Assembly: GCA_020137815.1 (NCBI GenBank)
Contig: CM035353.1
Coordinates: forward strand, 1,612,001 to 1,676,000
Direction of reading: 5' to 3'
Length of the DNA: 64,000 nt
DNA from: Hormiphora californensis
Taxonomy: Eukaryota > Animalia > Ctenophora
The position numbers and the translations under genes are program-made. Below are positions 23,921 through 34,100 of the stretch, piece after piece. The notes below the pieces were generated by a model that did no database searches, was not told where the DNA came from, and saw only the letters and a program-made list of their open reading frames with translations. Every line of letters begins with the position of its first letter. Positions within the stretch are counted from its first letter, which is position 1.

Positions 23921-25235
23921 CAGAGGTTGGAAGATGCGATCAGGAACAGACTGATACCCAAGCTGATAGGAAGACCATGTAGCGATATGGAGAGGAAGAT
24001 CTTCGCCCTTCCTATCAGAGAGGGAGGACTAGGATTAGATAACCCAGTTGAGACGGCCCCGATCTTCTACAAAAATTCAGAGCATGTCACTGAGCCACTG
24101 GTGTTAAACATACTTGAATTGGATGAAAACAAGAAGACAATCCATGAAGTTGAGAAAGAAATCGCAGAGAGGAGGCTTGAATGCAGTGTCGAGGAGATGA
24201 AGAGACAGAAGGCGCTAAGAGAGGCAGTGTGTAAAGATGAAGAAAAATGGACCAGGACATTTCTTCTAAACATGGAGACGGGAGCTTCGTCTTGGCTCTC
24301 TGCCCGGCCTTTGGAGATTTTCAACAGAGAACTATCCAAATCAGAGTTCACAGATGCGATGTGCCTCAGGTATGGCTTTGAAATCAACGGCCAGTTCTCT
24401 GAATGTGTATGTGGAAAACAGAATGGGGCAGACCATGCCCTGAGCTGTAGCACTGGCGGGTTTACTATCCTGCGACACAACGAGATTAGAGATACCCTTG
24501 CAGATATTATTACCCATGCAGGATACAAGAGTGTTGAAATTGAGAAAGTGTTGCAGCCAGTTAACCCAGATGACTACCCCCGAAGTGTCAATACAGCACC
24601 TGATGCTCGCAGTGACGTGTATGCCATTGGGTTGTGGAGAGGACTACAGGGGGCCCACGTGGACGTTGCAGTGTTTCATCCTACTGCACCCAGTTACAGA
24701 GGAAAAGACCCAAAATCTCTGTACAAAATGAATGAAAGTCGGAAGAAACGTGATTACCAACAAAGAATCAGAGAATCGGAGAGAGGGGCTTTCACCCCGT
24801 TTGTTATGGCTACTTCCGGAGGTTCCGGACTTGAGGCAGAACGACTAATCAAAAAGCTCGCTTCACGCATCTCTACCAAACACAAGGATAAATATGCTGA
24901 AGTGATTAATTTCCTGAGAACGCGGATACGATTCTGTCTCCTCAGAAGTACTCTGGTCTCACTCAGGGGCACGAGGAAAAAGTTCACGACTCCACCACCC
25001 ATTGCAATGTGTGATTTTACTGACTGACTTTTTATTTATAATATTTATTGTTTATTTGAGTGAGTGATTTTAAGATTTATTTATTACTAACCCCAACACC
25101 GGGGGCAAATGATCGAACCCAATGTGAATGAGACTCATCGCGATTAACTCTTCATACGGTTACCCCCTTTCTCTCTTCGGCAGCTTCTCTTCGGCTGTTG
25201 GAAAGTGATGCCAATCGGTGTTGGGGTTAGTGAAT
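23921..25235 (+). mobile_element. 5'-truncated CRE-clade non-LTR retrotransposon, copy B
   Basis: ORF has LPIREGGLGL (RT thumb), GASSWL, CVCG...HALSC, RHNEIRD, RSD...DV..HP..SY...E..K and FTPFV..TSGG. Hairpin module at 25086-25231. Flanked by a 26-bp duplication (23895-23920 / 25274-25299). Confidence 0.9.
25086..25231 (+). ncRNA. Candidate structured 3'-terminal RNA module of the CRE elements (identical copy at 7637-7782, minus strand)
   Basis: Perfect 16-bp closing stem ACTAACCCCAACACCG/CGGTGTTGGGGTTAGT; 146 nt identical in two elements with divergent ORFs. Confidence 0.55.
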
Positions 25236-25319
25236 AGTTTTTTAGGGACAGCGTTAAAAACTGGGTGTTTCTGGTTTCGTGAGTGCTGACAAACGGTTTT
25301 TAGGGTTAGGGCTAATTAA

Positions 25320-26622
25320 GGGTACACCTGGCGTTTTTCATCATCGAGTGCCCAACCAAATGACTTCACCAGGGTTTAGGCCATACAAAATGGACCTCAA
25401 ATATGCAATTTTAGCCCTAAAGTCGAATTCATATTTTTCCTACAGCCTATTTTCAAAGTGGCGTTTTTTCAATTTTTGTTGAAATTTTTAACCTCAGGAC
25501 CACTTTTTTTGAGATAGAAACATTAAATTCTTGGAATTTGAAGAGAATATAAAGGTGAATAAGCCCAAAGAAGGATTTTTGAAATGGAGCTTATTTCTGG
25601 CCATGAGAACGGTTTACTTTTTTGCTTCTTTGACACGCTGGCTGAGAATGTTCCCATGCTTCATTAGAGATGAAAATCTGGAAATAGTTGCTCAAAACGA
25701 TTATCTATGTGGCCCAAAAATTTTGGAACTTTCCCGCCAAAGATGTGGTGTACAGAGCTTTTTTTGTGAAACCCGTCTTTTTGAAAAAGAGGGAAATTCC
25801 CTGTATCTCAAAAACGGATGATCGTAGAGACCTGGGACCAAACTTAATCGATTCAGAAGGTCCGATTTTGGGGGGGTCTTCTGAGAGACATTTTGCTCCT
25901 ACTCCAACCGATTTTGCTGTAAATGCAAAAAACCAATTCTATGAAAAGGGGAAACAACTCTATTCCAGTAGCCTGCTTCGGGCTGATTTCCCCCTTACTT
26001 GCTGATACCTTTTTCGCAATTACAGCAAAAACGGTTGGAGTAGGAGCAAAATGTCTCTCAGAAGACCCCCCCAAAATCGGACCTTCTGAATCGATTAAGC
26101 TTGGTCGCAGGTCTCTACGATCATCCGTTTTTGAGATACAGGGAATTTCCCTCTTTTTCAAAAAGACAGGTTTCACAAAAAAAGCTCTGTACACCACATC
26201 TTTGGCGGGAAAGTTCCAAAATTTTTGGGCCACATAGATAATCGTTTTGAGCAACTATTTCCAGATTTTCATCTCTAATGAAGCATGGGAACATTCTCAG
26301 CCAGCGTGTCAAAGAAGCAAAAAAGTAAACCGTTCTCATGGCCAGAAATAAGCTCCATTTCAAAAATCCTTCTTTGGGCTTATTCACCTTTATATTCTCT
26401 TGAAATTCCAAGAATTTAATGTTTCTATCTCAAAAAAAGTGGTCCTGAGGTTAAAAATTTCAACAAAAATTGAAAAAACGCCACTTTGAAAATAGGCTGT
26501 AGGAAAAATATGAATTCGACTTTAGGGCTAAAATTGCATATTTGAGGTCCATTTTGTATGGCCTAAACCCTGGTGAAGTCATTTGGTTGGGCACTCGATG
26601 ATGAAAAACGCCAGGTGTACCC
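25320..26622. mobile_element. 1.3-kb foldback Kolobok-like non-autonomous transposon
   Basis: TTAA|GGGTACACCTGG...CCAGGTGTACCC|TTAA. Near-perfect inverted arms of ~610 bp around an ~80-bp spacer. RR...YY termini with a TTAA TSD match Kolobok. Confidence 0.85.
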
Positions 26623-27222
26623 TTAAGTAGGGTTTGGGTTGGGGTTAGGCCTTGACATTCCCTACCAGATAAACTTTGAATTAGCCAAAACGGTTGATTG
26701 GTTTGGCGGTTAGAGCACCTGTAAACAGGCCACGAAACACCTAGATCATAACCGCGCCCGTGATTTAGGGTTAGGGCTAAAGTAGGGTTTGGGTTGGGGT
26801 TAGGCCTTGACATTTCCTATCAGATAAACTTTGATTTAACCAAAACGGTTGAGTGGCCACTAGTGGTTTGGCGGTTAGAGTCATTTGAGGGAATCAACTT
26901 TTTTTGACAGCGCACACCTGTAAACATGCCACCAAACACCCAGATCGTAACGGCGCCCGAAGAACGTGTCTGTTTGTCTCATGACATTCACCCAGTCATT
27001 CACCCAGGCGGGGAAAACATTTGAGTATAGTCGAACTTCGACATTTTGTCCCGTCTAACAGGAGGGCAATATTGACAGTGTCAAATTATTGTAAACAGAT
27101 TTAATAATAACAGGAGATAACTCTCTCCCTTGCATGCAGATATACTTGTAAACACTGTGCTGCAGTGTGTCTATTGATTATCTGCACACTATATAACATT
27201 AAACCAATAGTAGTGGCATGGA

Positions 27223-30200
27223 ATGGATGCGGATCTCCAAGAACTCTATGACGACGAGGGTGGGGATTTTTACGATACCCCCAAGGTATCATATAAATAT
27301 ATATTATTACACGTTAATTATATAATAACACACACGTATCCCATACTTTTTGCTACTCGCCACTATTTTCAGAACTTCTCGCCGGCACCACAGGATACCG
27401 CTCACAGCAGTACTCCCCTGCTGAGGACTACTGGAGCAGACCGTGACATTGACAAGAAGCACTACAGTGCACCCCCAAATCTGGAGAACGATGCCAATCA
27501 GTGTAATATAATATCCCCCGCAATACGATCACGCCGTGTTCCACAACACACGGAGAAGAGTCCACCGATGCAGGTGCCGATCCAAGACGAGGTTTACATG
27601 AATACGACTTTGTTCCCGGAGCAAATGGCTCCCCTTACGCCGGTCATTAAACGGACGGCCCCTGCCACGGCACCCCAGATTTTGTCTCCTCAACACGACG
27701 AGGCCGGGCCGGGATCCCAGGAGGGCGGTGGTGAACTGGCAGGAAATGAATCACCTCAGGAGTTTTACGATGTTCCCAGTACCTTTGATCCGAGTACGGA
27801 GTTACCGCCGCTTCCTGATATACCCTCACCTTTGGGCGAAATAGTAGATCATGGAGGATCAGGGGAGTGTCTGTACGAGGGAATACCGGATGAGCAGTTC
27901 TATGAAGGTATACACAACGAAGATGAGGAATGTATTTATGAAGGAGTAGAGGATCCTATCGAAGATGAGGAATGTATTTATGAAGGAGTAGAGGATCCAA
28001 TCGAAGAGGAAGGATATTATGAGGGTTTGCCTGGAGATGAGGGGGATAACGATGGAGTTTTTGGTGAAGGAGCACATCCAACAGCGACAATTGAAAGCGA
28101 TGAAGAAACAAAAGAACTCCGTCAGTTGATCACATCCCTCAAACAAACGGATGCAGCACCATACGTTCCCCCTAAACCCCCTCCGGTTCCGATACGCCGA
28201 CCACCCGGATTCAAGCCCCCTGATCCACCGGGTTCCGCAGATGGGATGTTTGGATACCGCTCAGGATCGTTCACCCAACTATCCAGTCCCCCTGCACCCC
28301 TGGCACTCAGTATGTCCCTGGCAGATGTAGTTAGTGTGATCCCCTCCTCTGAAGGAGAGGGATCAGACGATGGGCTTTACGATGGCATCGATTGTGATAG
28401 CGAGGAGGGGGATGAGAGTGGGTCGGGGAAAAAAGACGCCAGCCAGGGGAGTCAAGATAGCAATGAAGTGAGAAAAAGACTCTTCTCCTCAAAAATAATG
28501 CGGGTTAGTAACTGTATATTATGTAATATATGTGTAATATGTGTAATACAGTCGGACCCCGATTTACCGGGCCCCGATTTACCGGAACCCCGATTTACCG
28601 GGAGGATAAACTTCCCCCGATATGGGAAAATAACGGTATTTGACCCCGATATACCGGGCACCCCGATTTACCGGGCAAAACCCTTTCCCCCGAGGATCCC
28701 GGTAAATCGGGGTCCGACTGTATGTGTAATTTGTGTATCAAAAATTGAGGGTATATTCATCGTTCATATCATTTTTAGAAATCCGTCAAGAAGACAAGAG
28801 AAAGGACGGCCAGCGGGCTTTCGAATTTGAAGTCCAAGTGGAAGGAAAGCAAGGCCAAGAAAGATATTTCGAAAGCATTCAAAGACACAAGGTATCACAC
28901 TGTTTGGGGGGGGGGGGAGGGCACTGTCGTAGTGTCATATGCAGGTCCACTTTATAATTCCCTCACACACACTTGGTATTGATATAATGTGCTGTTTATG
29001 TTCCAGACATCATAATACAATGTGATTAATTTTAAACTTTTTCAGGACAAAACTGGATTCTACTGCGAATGAGATCAAAACTAATACTGGTCAAATGTAT
29101 TCCTCCCTCGGAAGAACAAAAAGTAAACGGCGCTCCAAGAAAGAACGTGGAGATCTTGTGATGCAAAATGTGAGTAGAGACCGAGGGGGGGGGGGTGCGG
29201 GGGGTGATTAGTACCCTTGGTAACGAAATCACCCGCATCTGTACCTGCATCTGTACCTTTACATACAGTATGACCCGGATTTTCCGGAACCCCGATTTAC
29301 CGGGAGGATAAAAAACCCTAATTTCCCCCGAGCATCTCGGTAAATCGGGGTCCGAGTGTAATTAGAACTGAACTTCATGTCTCTTTGTAAAATTCATATA
29401 TTTTTGTTAAGATCATCTTTCTATCCAGATCTATCCTTCCCGACCTTGTATATTATATTACCAGATTATACAGTATACACTTTCAGCTTCTTACTGCTAT
29501 TATCTGGTGAAATATAGTCGGGAAGCAGTGTCTCATATTACCTGCTTATCAGTCGAACCCACAAGAACACTGCACCAAGCTTTCTCTGTTGTTAGTTAGA
29601 GAACATTGCCTTTTTTAATGTAATACATGGTCAGTGTGTTATACCAGTGTGCAATTAAAGTAATCACTGTAGTTGTTGTTGATCACCTTCTGAGGGTTTG
29701 CAGCTGGGAGCTGCAGCAGTTCTCGCGTTTGCCAGAGTTGATTCAGACAATCACAACACAAATAATTTCAAATGGGAATTGTCAAACGTTTCCCAGCTGC
29801 AAACCCTCTTCTCCTACCGCGGATGGTGCCCCCAGTCCTCTTAGACTGATCACCTTCTAGTTTTGTCTTGTTCGACCGGCTCTATCTCTCTTTACGAGGA
29901 TCGGGTTAGAACAATAAAACCTCCCAGTTCTTCACTGTATTGCATTTGTTATATTTCAAGGCTGCTCTATTATATTTTTCCTGTTTCACAACTGGATTTC
30001 AAGGCTGCTATATCATGATTTCCGTGTTTTACTACTGGATTTCAAGGCTGCTATATCATAATTTCCGTGTTTTACTATACTGCATTGCAAGGCTGCTAAT
30101 AATGTTATAGTGTTTTACAATACTGGATTTCAAGGCTGCTAATAATGTTATAGTGTCCCATGGAGAGTTCCTTCTGGAAAGTTCGGAGCATCTCTAAAAG

Positions 30201-30672
30201 GTTCTTTGCGGGCGATGGCAGTGTTGGCTATGAAATGATGCGTTCCTCCGCCCCGCCCTCTCTTGCCCCCACCACCACCAGTACACGTGCAGGAGGCATT
30301 CTCGGTCCTGAGATACGGGGTCCATCTTACCGAACATTCGAGCAATCCACCAGCGGAATGGTATAAATTGCATTGTTAACCAGCTGCACACTGTTTTGAA
30401 TCGATTTATAATAGGTTTTGGTACATGTACCATATGTGTGTGGCATGTAGTGTGAGTTTATTTCATCAAAATGAAACTTTATTTTTCAGGACCGATATGA
30501 GGATAGCGTGGAGCTGAACTTCCACTCTCTCCCTGACTATAAACCAATACGTTTATCTGACCCGTCTCCTACCTCGGAACACGGCGATGTCGAGGTTAGT
30601 AATGTCGATGTACCGGGATCCTCGGGGGAACGGGCTGGGGGTCGAGACGTTACTATGGGGCATAAGGATTAA
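27223..30672 (+). CDS. Spliced, intrinsically disordered acidic/Pro-rich protein with clustered tyrosine motifs (putative SH2/SH3 docking scaffold)
   Basis: Exons ~27223-27285, 27373-28467, 28780-28891, 29047-29169, 30154-30360 and 30490-30672 chain in frame. Motifs YDTP, YMN, YDVP, 5x YEG[IVL], YDGI and PPKPPPVPIRRPP. Confidence 0.75.
28549..28720. mobile_element. Tc1/mariner-type MITE in intron
   Basis: TA|CAGTCGGACCCCG...GGGTCCGACTG|TA. Confidence 0.9.
29955..30152. repeat. Degenerate ~43-bp tandem repeat (CAAGGCTGCTA core), 5 units
   Basis: CAAGGCTGCT recurs at ~29957, 30000, 30042, 30088 and 30131. Confidence 0.75.
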
Positions 30673-31154
30673 TAGCACACAGTCGGACCCCGACCTGCTT
30701 AGAGGGTAGGTCATATAGGGCCCGAAACTTACTTTCTATCATATGACACAGGCAAACGCCCGGAAAAAATATGCTTGGCAAGTCGGCCTGGCTTTGGTAA
30801 ATTGCAGGGGGCAAGTGAGGCAGGATCAAGTTGTACGTATTCAAGGGAGTATAAATGTTATTATTAATTCATTACCTAGTATCCTTTTTTCGAGCAGGTG
30901 TGAGTATAGTGTGTTTTAATTTATATCTACAGGATTATGGGACCAGTTATTCCCTCAGTTTTATAAGTCAAGTTTATTTAGTCGTCTATATATTGTTTTT
31001 CAACCAGAGCTGTTCGAGTGTGTCATATAAGTAGTCGAGGATATACCGCTCTGATGATTCGGCGGAACATCGTCAATATTTTGACATGTCTCTGTCGGGT
31101 ATGGGCGGTATATAAGCGCGGAATATTATTATTATTATTATTAAATTAGGAAGT

Positions 31155-34100
31155 TAGTTTGGGGCCCCCCCCCCCGGGGCCCCCCCCCCCCCCCCCCAAA
31201 TTTTCCCCCCTTTTTGGGGGGTTTTTTTCCCCCTCCCCCCCCCGGGAAAAAAAAGGGGGAAAAAATTTTTTTTTTTTTTAAAAAAAAAGGGGGGGGGTTT
31301 AATTTTTTCCCCGGGGGGTTTTTTTGGCCCGGAAGGGAAGGGGGCCCAAACCCCCCAAAAAAAAAGGGGTTTTTGTTTTTTTTTTCCCCCCCCGGGGCCC
31401 AATTATTTTTAAAGGGGTTAAATTTTGGGGGGGGGTTTTTTTTTTTTTTTTAAAAAAACCCCCTTAAAAAAATTTTTAATTGGGGGGTTTTTCCCCCGGG
31501 CCTTTTTTTTTAAAGAAAAACCCCCCCAAAAAAAAATTTTGGGGGGGGTTTTTTGGGTTTTTTTGGGAAAAATTTTTTTTAAGGGGCCAAAAAATTTTTT
31601 TTTTTGTTTTGGGGGAAACCCCTTTTTTGGGGGAAAAAAAAATTTTTTGGTTAAAAATTTTTAAAAAAAATTTTTAAAAGGGGGGCCCTTTTTTTTTAAA
31701 AAACCCCAACCCCCCCCCCTTTTTTTTTTTAAAAAACCCCCTTTTTTTTTTTTTTTGGGGGGGGGAAAAAGGGGAAATTTTAAATTTTTTTTTTGGGGGG
31801 AAATTTTTTTTTTAAAAAAAAAGGGAAAAGGGTTTAAAAAAAAAGGGGGGGGGGGGGGGGAAACCTAAAAATTTTTTTGGGTGGGTTTTTTTTTTTGGGG
31901 GGGGGGGGGTTTTTTTTTTTAAAAAAGGGGGGTTTTTGGGGGGGGGGGGGCCCCCCTTTTGGTTTTTTTCCCCCTTTTTGGGGGGAAAAATTTTTTAAAA
32001 AATAAATTTTTAAAAAAAAAATTTTTTAAAATTTTTTTTTTAAAAATTTTTAAAAATTTTTTGGGGTTTTGGATTTTTTTTTTTTTTTAAAAAAAAAACC
32101 CCCAAAAAAAAAAAAATTTTTAAAAAAAAACCCCCCTTTTACCGGAAAAGGGGGGGTTTTTTTTTGGGGTTTTTTTTTGGGGGGTTTTTTTTTTTTTAAA
32201 AAAGGGTTTTTTTTTTAAAGGGGGGGGGGGGGGTTTTTGGGGATTTTGGGGGGGGGTTTTTGGGGGGTTTTTTTTTTTTTGGGGGGGGGGGTTTTTTTTT
32301 TTTTTAAATTTTTTTGGGGGTTTTTGGGGTTTTTAAAAAAATTTTAAATTTTAAACCCCCTTTAAAAATTGGGGTTTTCCCCCCCCTTTTTAAAAAAAAA
32401 AATTTTTTAAAAATTTTTTTCCCTTTTTTTTTTTTAAATTTAAAAAATTTTTTTTTTTCCTTTTTTTTTTTTAAAAAAAGGGGGGGGTTTTTTTTTGGGG
32501 GGGGGAAAGGGGGTTTTTTTTTTTTTGGGGGGGGGGGGGGGGGGTTTTTTTAAATTTTTTAAATTTTTCCCAAAAAAAATTTTTTTTGAATTAAAAAGGG
32601 GGGGAAAAAAAAACCCCTTTTTTTTATAAAAAAAAAGGGTTTTTTTTTTTTTAAAGGGCCCTTTTTTTTTTTTTAAAAAAACCGGGGGGCCCCTTTCCTT
32701 TTAAAAAAGGGGGGGTTTTGGCCTTTTTTTTTTTAAAAAATTAACCCCCCTTTTGTTTTTTTTTTAAAAACCCCTTTGGGGGTTTTTTTTTTTTTTAAAA
32801 AAAAACCCCCATTTTTTTTAAAAAAAATTTTTTTTTAAAAAAAAAAAAATTTTTTAAATTTTTTTTTTTTTCCAAAAAAAAAGAAAAAAAAAAAAACCCT
32901 AAAAAAATTTTAAAAAAAAAATTTTTTTAAGGGCCCCCCTGAAAACCCCCCCCTTTTTTTTTTTAAAAAATTTTTTCTTTTTAAAAAATTAAACCTTTTC
33001 CCCAAAAACCCCCCCCAAAAAAAAAAAAAAAAAATTTTAAAAAAAAATTTTTAAATTTTTTTTTGGGGGGCCCCCCAAAAATTTTTTTTTAAAGAAAAAA
33101 AAAAAAACCCCCTTGGGGGTTTTTTTTTTAAAAAAAAAAATTTTTTTTTTTAAAAATTTTTTTTTAAAAATTTTTTTTTCCCCCGGTTTTTCCCCCCAAA
33201 AATTTTTTAAAAAAAAAAAAACCCCCCGGGGGGGTTTTAAAAAAGGGGGGGGGGGGGTTTTTCAAAACCGGGGAAACCTTTAAAAACCCCCAAAAAAGGG
33301 GGGGGGGGGGGTTTTTTTAAAAAAGGTTTCCCTTTTTTTTTTTTTTTTTTTGGGGGTTTAAAAAAATTTTAAGGGAAAAAACCCAATTTTTTTTTTAAAA
33401 ATTTTTTTTTGGTTTTTTCCTTTTTTTTTCCCCCCTTTTTTTTTTTAAATTTTTAAATTTTTTCCCCCAAAATTTAAAAACCCCCCCTTTTTTAAAAAAA
33501 ATTTTTTTTTTCCCAAATTAAAAAAGATTTGCCAAAAACCCCCCCCCAAAAAAAAAAAAAATTTTTAAAATTTTAAAAACCCCCCCCAAAAAGGGGGGGG
33601 TTTTTTTTTTTCCCCCCCCCTTTTTTTTTTAAAAAAAACCCCAAATTTTTTTTTTTTTTGGGGTTTTTTTTTTTTTTGGGGGTTTTTTAAAAAATTTTAA
33701 TTTAAAAAACCCTTTTTTTGGGTTTTTTTAAAAAGGCCCCCCCCCTTTTTATTTTGTTTGGGGAATCAAAAAATTTGGGTTTTTTTTCCCTTTTTTTTTT
33801 AAAAATTTGGGGGGGGTTTTTTTTTTTCCCGGGGGTTTTTTTTTTAAGAAACCCCCCCCTTTTTTGGGAAAGGGGTTTCCCCCCCTTTTTTTTTGGGGGG
33901 CCCCCCAAAAGGGAAAAAAAAACCCCCCCCCTTTTGGGGGGGGGGGGGGAAAACCCCAAAGTTAAAAAAACCCCGGGTTTCCCTTTTTTTTAAAAATTTT
34001 AAAAACCCCCAATTCCCCCTTTTTTTTTTCCCCCCTTTTTTTCCCTTTCTCCCCCCCCCCCCTCTCCCTCTCCCCCTTCTTTCCCCGGGTTTTTCCCCCC

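Noticed and set aside
25040-25235. Shared module as a spliced-leader RNA, tRNA or snRNA target gene
   Set aside because: No convincing leader-GT donor plus Sm site, cloverleaf or U-snRNA signature by eye, and the similarity stops at the element end; an Rfam search is still needed.
25279-26813. Mirror-image ORF pairs in the foldback element
   Set aside because: Short, with no transposase motifs; they are duplicated only because the DNA is palindromic.
28468-28830. C-terminal part of the 535-aa ORF (QSDPDLPGPDLPEPRF...)
   Set aside because: Read-through into an intron containing a MITE; 27286-27372 is likewise an in-frame intron.
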